Part shown: one piece after another, positions 50,421 to 59,800 of the stretch
Position numbering within the stretch: the first letter of the stretch is position 1
Layout of the letters: the number at the start of each line of letters is the position of its first letter
Source: an uncultured Trueperaceae bacterium
GTDB taxonomy: Bacteria; Deinococcota; Deinococci; Deinococcales; Trueperaceae
Assembly: GCA_963739805.1 (NCBI GenBank)
Contig: CAVUBJ010000005.1
Coordinates: 21,163-85,162, forward strand
Reading direction: 5' to 3'
Length of the DNA stretch: 64,000 nucleotides
Notes under the pieces: model-generated
Seen by the model: only the letters and a program-made list of their open reading frames with translations
Told to the model about the DNA's origin: nothing
Databases searched by the model: none
Position numbers and translations under genes: made by a program

Positions 50421-50477
50421 AAAGTTGGCGCCCGGCGGGCCGCATGGGCCTGCGCGTGGCGCGCCCGCCCGCCGGCG

Positions 50478-50507
50478 CTTGACGGCGCGCAGCATCGCGG
50501 CCTAGTG
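50478..50507 (+). promoter_or_regulatory. candidate sigma70-type promoter of mgtE (TTGACG-N18-TAGTGT), about 115-nt leader
   Basis: Hexamer match only; no M-box-like riboswitch recognised in the leader. Confidence 0.3.
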
Positions 50508-50629
50508 TCGCTGGGGTCGTGCCCGGGGCGGGGGAGACCGGCGACGCGCACGACCGGCCGGGTGGGGCACGCCGCGCCCCGCCGGCGAACACTCGCAAGC
50601 GATTCACGCCCTCGGGCGGAGGTGACACG

Positions 50630-52021
50630 ATGGTCCAGGCCCCGGATCTGGAGACGCTGCGCGAGGAGCTCCAGGCGCTGGTGGCGCAGCGCCGCTTCGA
50701 CGTCCTGCGCGAGACGCTGGCGGACATGGAGCCGCCGGACCTTGGCGACGTCATGGACGGCCTGCCGCACGAGGCCGAGGCCGTCGTGTTCCGGGTCCTG
50801 CCCAAGGACCTCGCCGCCCAGACCTTCGAGTACCTGCCGTTCGACGCCCAGGAGCGCCTGCTGAAGGCGATGGGTGACCGCGAGGTGGGGGCGATCCTCA
50901 ACGACATGTCGCCGGACGACCGCACGGCGTTGCTCGAGGAGCTCCCGGGTAAAGTCACCAAGCGCCTGCTCAACCTGCTCACGCCCGAGGAGCGCCACGT
51001 CGCCACGCGCCTGCTGGGCTACCCCGAGGACTCCATCGGCCGTTTGATGACGCCCGATTACGTCGCCATCAAGCCCCACTGGACCGTGGCGGAGGCGCTG
51101 GCGCACGTGCGCGAGTTCGGCCGCGACTCCGAGACGCTCAACGTCGTCTACGTCACCGCCAAGGGGGGCCGACTCGTCGACGACATCCGCATGCGGGAGC
51201 TGCTGCTGGTGGAACCCGAGACGCGGGTCGAGGCCCTGATGGACGAGCAGTTCGTCGCCCTGCTGGCCACCGACGACCAGGAGGAGGCGGTGGCCGTATT
51301 CCGGAGGCTGGACCGTACCGCCCTGCCGGTGACCGACACGGGCGGCATCCTGGTGGGAATCGTGACGGTCGACGACGTCCTGGACGTCGCCGAGGAGGAA
51401 GCCACCGAGGACTTCCAGATGCTCGGCGGCACCGAGGCGCTCGAGGAGCCCTACCTCGACATCGGCATCCCCATGATGGTGCGCAAGCGTGCGGTGTGGC
51501 TCGTGGTCCTGCTGATCGGCGAGATGCTGACCGCCACCGCCCTCGGCTTCTTCGAGCACGAGATCGCCAGCGCCGTTGTGCTGGCGCTGTTCATCCCCCT
51601 GATCATCTCCAGCGGCGGCAACACCGGCTCCCAGGCGGCCACGCTGGTCACACGGGCCATGGCGCTGGGCGAGGTGGGCTTGCGCGACTGGTGGCGGGTG
51701 ATGCGGCGCGAGTTGGTGGCCGGCCTATCCCTGGGCGTGATCCTCGGCACCGTGGGCTACCTGCGCATCGCCGTGTGGGCGCTCGTGTTCGACAGCTACG
51801 GTCCGCACTGGTCGCTCATCGGCCTGACGGTGGCGGTGTCGTTGGTGGGCGTGGTGCTGTGGGGTTCGCTCACGGGGTCGCTGCTCCCCATCCTCCTCAA
51901 GCGACTCGGCGCGGACCCCGCGGCCTCCTCCGCGCCTTTCGTGGCCACCATCGTGGACGTCACCGGCATCGTGATCTTCTTCTCCGTGGCGGCCACGCTG
52001 CTGCGCGGCACCCTCCTGTAG
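50630..52021 (+). CDS. mgtE: magnesium transporter MgtE
   Basis: N-domain, tandem CBS and C-terminal 5-TM domain. GGAGGTG RBS. The 37 aa upstream in the track ORF was rejected. Confidence 0.92.
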   Translation: MVQAPDLETLREELQALVAQRRFDVLRETLADMEPPDLGDVMDGLPHEAEAVVFRVLPKDLAAQTFEYLPFDAQERLLKAMGDREVGAILNDMSPDDRTALLEELPGKVTKRLLNLLTPEERHVATRLLGYPEDSIGRLMTPDYVAIKPHWTVAEALAHVREFGRDSETLNVVYVTAKGGRLVDDIRMRELLLVEPETRVEALMDEQFVALLATDDQEEAVAVFRRLDRTALPVTDTGGILVGIVTVDDVLDVAEEEATEDFQMLGGTEALEEPYLDIGIPMMVRKRAVWLVVLLIGEMLTATALGFFEHEIASAVVLALFIPLIISSGGNTGSQAATLVTRAMALGEVGLRDWWRVMRRELVAGLSLGVILGTVGYLRIAVWALVFDSYGPHWSLIGLTVAVSLVGVVLWGSLTGSLLPILLKRLGADPAASSAPFVATIVDVTGIVIFFSVAATLLRGTLL

Positions 52022-52490
52022 CGCGGCCGCCCACGTAGGGGCGCCCGTGCCGTGGCGCGGCCGTGGTGTGTGCCGGCGTGTCGGTCGGCCGCGCTGTGGC
52101 TGCGCCGCGTGGCGGCGGCTCGCGGCGGCGCGTCGTGTCGGCGCGCGCGTCTGGGTCGATGCGGGTGTCGCCCCGCGCACCCCGGGCCGGGTCCCCCCGG
52201 CAGGCGTCGGCGGTGCTAGACGGAGTGTTATCAAATCTCGCTCGCGCCCCGCAGGTGTCGTCGGGCCGAATACTGCCCGCACCGCCCCCAGCCAGGACGG
52301 GGGAGACGCCCCCTCGCCGGTCGGCGGTGGCGTGCCGCTTCTTGCTCTGGCATGACGCCATGGATCGCGCTGGGGGCGGCGATCCTGCCCATAGCTCGAC
52401 CGTTCGGTATCGTCGGGGTGAACGTTGGCCGGAGCCGTCTGTACGGACGCGCCGTGCGCCCCAGTGCGCCCGAGCGCGCCCGAGCGCGGC

Positions 52491-53474
52491 TCAGTCCGCC
52501 AGGGCGCCGCGCAGGGCGCGCCAGGAGACCTCGGCGTCGGCAGAACGTGCCTCCGCCCGGCGCAGCGTCGCCACCGCGGTCGCGACGTCGGTGAGGCGCC
52601 AGCGGGTGCGGTAGAGGTCCAGCGCGGCGCGCTCCATCGTCGCCGCGGCGCCGGCGGTCCGTCGGTAGGCCCGCCAAGCGGCGAGCCGCCTGCCGAGCAG
52701 CAGGTGCAGGTCGCGCTCCGCCGGTGCCAGGGCCACGGTGTCCCAATCCACCAACGCGAGGCGTGCATTCGGGCCAGCGATCACGTTTCCCGGGTGGGGC
52801 TCGCCGTGGGTCACGACCCAGGGGGAGCCTCGCCGCCGCAACCGGGCGACGCCGGCGTCGTACGCCTGCAGCTCGCGGACCAGGTGACGCGCGCGGGCCT
52901 CGAGGCGGCGGCGGGTGGGCTCGGCGTACGGGCCGGTGGTCCACGGCCTCGCGAGGTCTTCGAGGGCGCGCTCGAGCACGTCGCGCGCCTGCAGCGCGAA
53001 GTCCTCGCGCGGCGCCAGATCGGTCGGGAGGCGTGTGGTGGCCGCGTGCAGGCGTCCGATCGCCGAGGCCAAGCGGCGGCGCTCCCGGGCCGTGCGCGCG
53101 GCACCGAAGCCGCGCGTCGTACCGTACACGAAGGGCGCCAGATGGACGGCGTAGTGGTGACAGAGGCGGCGCAAGGGGACGCCACGGCCGTCGGGTAGCG
53201 GTGCGATCACGAAGCCCAGGTCGGCGCTCTCCCGCAGGGCCATGGCCGTGCGGAGCGCGCGCATCAAGTGGTCGAAGGCGGTGTCGGGGCCGGCGGCGTG
53301 CTTGATCTCGGCAACGCTCACGAAGCCGACCCGACCCGCTGCGTCCATCGCCCGCCAGTGGTACCCACCGAAGCCGACCGGCAGGTGGCGCAGGGTCACC
53401 GGCCGCAGGCCCCACCCCGCGACGAGCTCCTCGGCGAGCCGGGCGGGGTCCAGGTCCGGCGGTGGATCGTGCAC
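52491..53474 (-). CDS. APH/phosphotransferase enzyme family protein (aminoglycoside phosphotransferase-like kinase)
   Basis: Catalytic loop THGEPHPGNVI (HGDxxxxN-like) and LVDWDTVALAPAERD (DWD is the DFG equivalent). Size 327 aa. Substrate unknown. Confidence 0.7.
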   Translation of the reverse strand: MHDPPPDLDPARLAEELVAGWGLRPVTLRHLPVGFGGYHWRAMDAAGRVGFVSVAEIKHAAGPDTAFDHLMRALRTAMALRESADLGFVIAPLPDGRGVPLRRLCHHYAVHLAPFVYGTTRGFGAARTARERRRLASAIGRLHAATTRLPTDLAPREDFALQARDVLERALEDLARPWTTGPYAEPTRRRLEARARHLVRELQAYDAGVARLRRRGSPWVVTHGEPHPGNVIAGPNARLALVDWDTVALAPAERDLHLLLGRRLAAWRAYRRTAGAAATMERAALDLYRTRWRLTDVATAVATLRRAEARSADAEVSWRALRGALAD

Positions 53475-53526
53475 GATCCAGCGTAGCGGACGCGGCGCGA
53501 GCCCGCCGGCGGTGCGGCCGAGCCCC

Positions 53527-53574
53527 TATGTCACGAGCGCACGAGCCGTTCTCTCGTGCGCTCGTGAAACATGT
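53527..53574. repeat. palindrome B, related to palindrome A with a nested inner palindrome
   Basis: ATGTCACGAGCGCACGAG-ccgttctc-TCGTGCGCTCGTGAAACATGTG, about 50 bp upstream of the APH start. Confidence 0.75.
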
Positions 53575-53861
53575 GTTCCGTGGCTCCCCGAGCACGGCTC
53601 CGCGCGCCATCAGGGCCGCCGCTGCGGCCAGGGCCCGTCGCGCTGCGCGGGCGTGTTGCATGCCGCAGCCGGCGCCGAGGGGTCCGCCGGCCGTGGGAGC
53701 GCCCGTGTCGCTGTGCGCCGGAGCCGCCCCGACGGTGCTCATGGGGCCGGTGAGGGTGCGCGGTACGCGGCGCCCCGGCGGCGCCCCGACCCGCGGCGCC
53801 GATCCGGGCGCGCGTGCGGTGCGGGCGTTGCGACGTCGGCCTGGGGCGCTCGGGGTGCGGG

Positions 53862-53903
53862 CGTCGACGACGACCGCCGTCGACGACCGCCGTCGACGCG
53901 ACG
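53862..53903. repeat. 13-bp tandem repeat (cgaccgccgtcga, about 2.5 copies)
   Basis: Direct reading of the non-coding GC-rich stretch. Confidence 0.6.
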
Positions 53904-54075
53904 CTGTGCGGGCCCGTGCACGGGAGCGCGCGGCCGCCGGTGGCGCGCCCGGACGGGCGACCGCCGCCCCGGCACGAGGATCCGCCCGCGATCCGGGGCC
54001 CGGGACCGCGGGGCCCGCGACCCGACCGGCGTACGCGGGGCCGGTGGCAACCCGGCCGGCCACGGCGCGATGCGG

Positions 54076-54120
54076 GGCCGAAGGGTCGGCGAAGGGTCGG
54101 CGAAGGGTCGGCGACGGGTG
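54076..54120. repeat. 11-bp tandem repeat (ggcgaagggtc, about 4 copies, outer copies degenerate)
   Basis: Sequence ggccgaagggtc ggcgaagggtc ggcgaagggtc ggcgacgggtg. Confidence 0.65.
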
Positions 54121-54229
54121 CACTCGAGCGGAGGCACGGCGCCGGGATTCGGAAGCTCGGCGGCGGCGGTCGGCCCGGTAGCGACCCGCGCCGTCCGGAC
54201 GCGCGCGGGTCGAGCCCGAAGGGGTGAAA

Positions 54230-54255
54230 AACCTGATAACTCGTCTTATCAGGTT
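54230..54255. promoter_or_regulatory. AT-rich dif-like recombination site candidate: 10-bp perfect inverted arms around a 6-bp spacer
   Basis: AACCTGATAA-ctcgtc-TTATCAGGTT. The inner ATAA-N6-TTAT geometry matches dif. Lies 170 bp upstream of the Xer-family recombinase in about 75% GC DNA. Confidence 0.4.
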
Positions 54256-54271
54256 CCGCTATCCTGAACGC

Positions 54272-54427
54272 ATGAAGCGCTCCGACGACTCCCCACGCCG
54301 CCGCGGCCGGTCCTCGCGGCCGGCCCGTGCCCACACCGCGGAGTGCCCGCTCCGTCGCTCGGTGCCGCCCTCGCGCCGCCCCATGCCCCGATGCTACGAC
54401 GGCCGGGCCGACGGAGGCGACGCGTGA
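54272..54427 (+). CDS. small Arg-rich hypothetical ORF whose TGA overlaps the recombinase GTG
   Basis: 51 aa from ATG 54272 (67 aa if GTG 54224, which would include the inverted repeat). GC3-rich; no SD; no homology recognised. Confidence 0.2.
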   Translation: MKRSDDSPRRRGRSSRPARAHTAECPLRRSVPPSRRPMPRCYDGRADGGDA

Positions 54428-55413
54428 GCACGCTCGAGCGCTACCAGGGGGACGCACTGAACCGTGCCGAGGCGTGGGCCAACCTCTCGCCGGAGGCGCT
54501 GCGGCGCCGCGCCATGGTCGCCGCCAATCAGCGCGATCCCGAGGCGCTGTGGGGGCTCACCGAGGCGTACCTGTTCCTGCACGGCTCGAAGGGTGCGCGC
54601 GTGAGCCGGCACACGCTGCGCACCTACCGGCGCGGCCTGCTGGATCTGCTCCGGGGCTGGCCGCACGAGAACCTGTTGCGTCCCAGCCGTGACGCGGGCG
54701 TGCTCTACATCCGCCGCTTGGAGACGACACCGGTCGACTCGGACGGTGCCCTGCCGCAGCCCGCCACGCTCCAGGTCAAGCTGGCCGCTGCACGGACCGT
54801 GTACCACGCGCTGCGCTGGGCCGGGGCCACCGAGGCGCGCCCCTTCGAGGACGTGCGCGTCGCCAAGGACGCCACGCCTCCCTGGGAGAAGCGCCGCCCC
54901 TACGGCGACGGCGAGGTCGACGCGCTGCTCGAGCTGGCCAGCGTGGCCGAACGCGTGGTCGTGCTGCTCGGCGCCCACGCCGGCCTGCGCGTGAGCGAGA
55001 TGACGGCGCTGCGCTGGGAGGACGTGGACCTGCGCGGCACAAGCCTCCACGTGCGCTCGGGCAAGGGCGGCAAGAGCGCCCACGTGCGCATGACCCGCCG
55101 CCTGCGCCAGTCGCTGGGCGCGCTCCGCGCCGAGGGCAGCACGCCGGGCCGTCAACGCGAGGCCGCCCTGGTGCTGCCCTGGGGCACCGATCACACCCGC
55201 AAGCGCTTCCGCAGGTTGTGTGCCCGCGCCGGCGTCGAGTACGCCTCGGCCGGCGTGCACGGCCTTCGACACGGCGCTGGCACCCGCTACTACCGGCAGA
55301 CGCACGACCTCGGCCGGGTCGCGGCGCACCTGCGCCACGCCGACATCCAGACCACGCGCATCTACGCGAAGATCGACCGGGCCACTATCCAGGACGACAT
55401 CGAGGACTGGTGA
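54424..55413 (+). CDS. XerC/XerD-family tyrosine recombinase
   Basis: Box I GLRVSEMTALRWEDVDL. Box II HGLRHGAGTRYY...HLRHADIQTTRIYAKI with catalytic R..HxxR..Y. GTG start with a GGAGG RBS 9 nt upstream. Confidence 0.85.
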   Translation: MSTLERYQGDALNRAEAWANLSPEALRRRAMVAANQRDPEALWGLTEAYLFLHGSKGARVSRHTLRTYRRGLLDLLRGWPHENLLRPSRDAGVLYIRRLETTPVDSDGALPQPATLQVKLAAARTVYHALRWAGATEARPFEDVRVAKDATPPWEKRRPYGDGEVDALLELASVAERVVVLLGAHAGLRVSEMTALRWEDVDLRGTSLHVRSGKGGKSAHVRMTRRLRQSLGALRAEGSTPGRQREAALVLPWGTDHTRKRFRRLCARAGVEYASAGVHGLRHGAGTRYYRQTHDLGRVAAHLRHADIQTTRIYAKIDRATIQDDIEDW

Positions 55414-55438
55414 GGTGCCCCGGGTGGCCGCCCCGGGA

Positions 55439-55960
55439 TCAGTCGGTCGGCTCCAGCTGCCCCCGCAACGCCCCGCCCATGCGGCCCACGGTGTGGATCT
55501 GTAGGTAGAGCTCCCCGGCCTCTAGCGCCTCGATCTGTGCGTCGTCGAGGATGAGGCGGGCGTCCACCAAACCGGAGGTCGAAGCCGGCGCGGCGATATC
55601 CGCCAGGATGGGTCCGTTCTCGCCCGCGGGTCCGCGGTGCAGGTGCATGCCGCCGCGCATGTCGCTGGCCACGGGGCTCTCCAAGCCGCTGAAGCTCACG
55701 GTGATGTCGAGCAGGTACCCCTGCAGGACGGCCACGACAAAACCCGTGCCGGTCCCGTCGGCCGCCGGCACCACGGCGCCAGCCGAGAGGTCGGCGCTGA
55801 AGGTGCGGCTGGGGACCTGTGCCCACGCCGCCGGGGCGGCGAGGAGCGCGAACGCCAGGAACAGGCGCAATGCCCCCGGTCGGAGACGACCTGGACCCGC
55901 TCCCTGGTGCGATGGTTCCCGGCGTGCGGCTGGCCACATGGTGGCACCTCCTGGCGTCAT
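55439..55960 (-). CDS. secreted CHRD domain protein
   Basis: Signal peptide LRLFLAFALLAAPAAWA, then a CHRD-like domain. An alternative start lies at 55939. Confidence 0.6.
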   Translation of the reverse strand: MTPGGATMWPAARREPSHQGAGPGRLRPGALRLFLAFALLAAPAAWAQVPSRTFSADLSAGAVVPAADGTGTGFVVAVLQGYLLDITVSFSGLESPVASDMRGGMHLHRGPAGENGPILADIAAPASTSGLVDARLILDDAQIEALEAGELYLQIHTVGRMGGALRGQLEPTD

Positions 55961-56137
55961 GCTAGGCCGTACCCGGGCCCTTGCCTAGGGGGCCCGACGG
56001 CCAGCACCGTGCCGCGGCACACCGGGGTGGCGCGCCGGCCGATGCGCCGGCGCGCGGCCCGCACCCCCGGTGGGCTTCGTGGCTCCGCGGCGCATGCGCT
56101 CCCGCGCCATCGCGCTCTTCAGAGCCGCGGGGCGTGA

Positions 56138-56848
56138 TCAGGAACTGGGCGGTGCCGGCATGCGGCGAACGCTGCCCGAACAGACGCTCACCCGACCTTC
56201 CGCCGTGGCGAGCAGCAGGCAACCGCGCGGGTCGACGCCAAGCGCTTCCCCCGTCACGACGGTTTGGCCTGACTCCACGCTCACGGTGCGGCCAAGCAGC
56301 GCATCGTAGCGGGCGAATCGTTCGGGCAGGCCGGATTCGTCGTCGCCCCAGGCATCGAGGCCACGCTGTATGCCCGCCAGCACCGCGCCGTGAACCCCCT
56401 CGGGATCCCAGCCGCGCAGGGCGACGGCGCCAGGCGGAGGCTCGTTGCCGACGTTGATGCCGACCCCGACCAGTAGGTGCCCCCGAAGGTACTCCGTGAG
56501 GACGCCGCCGAGCTTGCGCTCCCGGTAGTAGAGGTCGTTCGGCCACTTGACGGCGGCACGCACGCCGTAACCGGCGAATGTCTCCGCCAGCCCGACCGCT
56601 ACGGCGACGGCGGCGCCGCCGCGGCCCAGGCTTGGCGGCGCCGGGTCTCGCACCACCAGCGTCTGGTAGCTTCCGCCGGGTGCGCTCTCCCAGCGTCGAT
56701 CGCGGCGTCCTCTCCCCTGCGTCTGGCGCGCGGCGCGCACCACCAGGCCGGCGACGTCCTCGCCGCGCTCCAGCCGCGAGCGCGCCTCGCTCTGGGTGGA
56801 CGGCAGCGTCTCGAAGGTCTCGATGCGGAATGCGATCGCGAGTGGCAT
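56138..56848 (-). CDS. birA: biotin--[acetyl-CoA-carboxylase] ligase
   Basis: QTQGRGRRDRRWESAPG and KWPNDLYY motifs. Size 236 aa. Starts 5 nt after the smc stop; the 371-aa upstream part of the track ORF is junk. Confidence 0.85.
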   Translation of the reverse strand: MPLAIAFRIETFETLPSTQSEARSRLERGEDVAGLVVRAARQTQGRGRRDRRWESAPGGSYQTLVVRDPAPPSLGRGGAAVAVAVGLAETFAGYGVRAAVKWPNDLYYRERKLGGVLTEYLRGHLLVGVGINVGNEPPPGAVALRGWDPEGVHGAVLAGIQRGLDAWGDDESGLPERFARYDALLGRTVSVESGQTVVTGEALGVDPRGCLLLATAEGRVSVCSGSVRRMPAPPSS

Positions 56849-56853
56849 GCGCT

Positions 56854-59800
56854 TCAGCCGGCGGCGGCCGCGTCCTCGCGTCGGATGCTGAACACGCGGC
56901 TCACCCCCGCCTCGGTCGTCACACCCCACAGCACGTCGGCGACCTCGAAGGTGGCCTTCTGGTGGGTGATCAGCACGAACTGGGTGCCGGACTCGGCCAG
57001 CCGCGTCAGGAAGCCGCAGTAGCGCCGGATGTTGGCCTCGTCGAGGGGCGCGTCGACCTCGTCCAGTACGGCGATGGGGAGGCCGCCGCCGGTGCTGGGG
57101 TCCGCCATCAGCGCGAACAGGAAGGCCAGGGCGCCCATCGTCCGCTCGCCCACCGACAGCAGGTGCAGCGACTGTGTCTGTTTGCCCGGCGGTTGCAGCT
57201 TGATGCGCACCCCCACGGGTCGGCCGTCCTCCTCGTCCACCTCGATGTCCCCGCGGCCGTCGCCGCCGAAGAGCTGCCGGACGTGCGCCGCGAAGCTGTC
57301 GCGCAGGCGCCCGAGCGCCTCGCCCAGGCGGGCCGTTGTCTCGCGATCGATGCGCTGCAGCGTCCCCTCCAGCTCGGTCACCGCCAGGGCCGCCTGCACC
57401 GCCTCGACCTCCAGCCCCTCCTTGCGCGCGCGCGTCTCCCGCAGGTCCCGCCCAGCGCGATGGTTCACGGGACCCAGCGCCTCCAGCGCCTCGCCCACCT
57501 CCCGCAGGCGGGCCCGCGCGGCCCGCTCGCTGATCGCCAGGAGCTCCACGCCCTCGGGGAACTGCGCCAGCTCCTCGCCGGCGAGCTCCAGGGCGGTCTC
57601 GCGTCGGGCGAGCTGGACCTTGCACTCCTCCAGGCCCTGGGAGCGCTCGGCCTGACGCTCGGTCTCGGCCGTCAGCCGGTCCTCGAGCTCGTCGCTGGCC
57701 CGGCGCGCGCTGCGGAGCGCCTCGGCCTGCGCCTCGAGGCCCGTCGGCAAGGCGGCACGCGCCGCCTCGAGCTCCCGGCGAGCGGTCGCCTCCTCCCCGG
57801 CCAGGGCCTCCTGCGCGTGCTCCAGCCGGCCCGCCTCGGTCCGCAGCTCGGCCGCCCGCGCCCGTTCCTGCTCGAAGCGCTCGCGCGCGGCCGCATACGA
57901 GCGCCAGCGCTCCTCGAGCACCAATCGCTGCTGCCGGGCATCCGCCAGGGCGCGTTCCCATGCGCCCTCTCGCGTGCGCAGGTCCTCGAGCTCCTCGGTG
58001 GCCGCCCGCCGCTCCTCCTCCGCCCGCTGTGGGCCATGCTCGTCGATCGGCGCCGCGGGAGGGTGAAGCTCCGCGCCCTCCCGCTCGGCACCCTCGAGGC
58101 GCTGCCGCAGGTCCGCGAGGAGCTGCCGCCTGCCGGAGGCCTGCTCGCGCTCCTGCGCCAGCCCGCGGTCGGCGTCGGCGCGTTCGGCCGCCGCGGTGGC
58201 CTGCCGCTCCTGGGCCTGTCGCAGGGCCGCCTGGGCCTCCTGCAGCGACCCCAGTGCGGCGGCCGCCTCGCCCCGCGCTTCCTCCGCGGCCGCTTCGGCC
58301 TCCTCGAGTTCGGCCGCCGCGCCCAGCACGCCGGCCTGGTGTGAGCGTCGCCCTCCGCTCATCGCCCCCGAGGCCTCCAGGATGTCCCCCTCCAGCGTCA
58401 CCATCCGCGGGCGGAAGCCGGAGGCGCGCGCCATCGCGGTGGCGTCCTCCATCGCCTCCATCAGGACCGTGCCGCCCAGGAGCTGCTCCACCATGGTCGC
58501 GAAGGTCTCCTCCGCCTCGACCAGGTCCGTCACGCGGCCGATCACGCCGCGGCGCCCCAGGACCTCGTGGGGCACCGTGCCCCGCCCGCCCTGGAGCAGA
58601 TCGAGCGGCAGCACCGTCACGAAGCCGCCCTCGCGCCGCACGTGCTGCAGGACCCGCTGGCCGGTCTCAGCCGTGTCCACCACCACGTACTCCGCGCGGC
58701 GCCCCAGCGCAGCGGAGACCGCCGTCTGGTAGCGCTGGGGTACGCGCAGCAAGTCCGCCACCGAGCCGATCACGCCGTCGATGCCGGAGCCCAGCGCGTT
58801 GCGGGGGCCCTGCGCGTAGCCGCGTCGGGCCTCGAAGGCGGCGCGCTGGCGGACCGCCGCGCGCTCCCGCGCCATGGCCTCGGCCTCCGCGCGGGCGTGG
58901 CGCCGGTGAAGTTCGGCCACCGCGTCGCGCGCCCGCTCCAGCGCCGCCTCAGCGGCCGCGGCCGCCGCCGAGGCGCGTTCCGCGCCCTCTTCCAGCGCCT
59001 CGAGGTCGGCGGCGGGCTCCGCCCCAAGCTCCTCGAGGCGCGAGGCCGCGTCGGCCCGCTGCCGCTCCAGCTCACCGCTGCGCGCCTCGAAGCGCGCCCA
59101 CTCCTGCTCCTGCGCCGCGCGGCGCCGTTGCTGCTCCGCCAGGGCGTCGGTGGCCGCGGCCAGGCGGTCTCGGGCGGCGGCGAGCTCCCCCGCCAGCGTC
59201 TCCAGGGCCGCGCTCGCCTCGGCCTCCTCCCGCCGGTGCGGCTCCGCGTCGCCTTCGGGAGCGCCGGGCGGCTCCGCCGCCTCGAGGCGCCGAGCCTCGC
59301 TACGCGCGGACTCCAGGCTGCGCGCCACGCCCTCGCGTCGCTCGGCGGCCGTTGCGGCGCGCTCCTCCGCCACCCGCAGGTCTCCGCGGCGGGCTTCCGC
59401 CTCGGCCGTGGCGCTGCGATAGCGTTCCTCGCAGGCGTCGCGCTCGCGGCGAGCCGCATCGAGGGCGCTGCGCAGCTCGGCGAGCGCCGCGCGCCCCTCC
59501 AGGATCCCCGCCTCGAGGCCCCCCTGGCGCGACCGCAACCCGCCGATATCGGCCTCGAGCCCGTCGACGCGCGCGCGCGCCACCGTCGTGCGCAGCCGCA
59601 GGGACTCGGCCGAAAGGGCGGCGTGGCGTTCGGCGTCCGCCGCCTCGGCGGCAAGGGCGTCGCAGCGCGCTCCGAGCTCGGCCAGCACGTCCTCGAGCCG
59701 ATCGAGGTGGCCGCGGGCGGTGTCCAGCCGGTCCTGCGTCTGCTCCCGCCGCGCGCTCATGCGGGCGACGCCCGCGGCCTCCGCGACATAGGCCAGCAGC

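Noticed and set aside
50420-50630. M-box (Mg riboswitch) upstream of mgtE
   Set aside because: The 115-nt GC-rich leader shows none of the conserved M-box segments.
53242-54457. ORFs of 239-341 aa in the GC-rich stretch before the recombinase
   Set aside because: Pure Arg/Pro/Gly/Ala strings, no start context, overlapping each other. Treated as non-coding.
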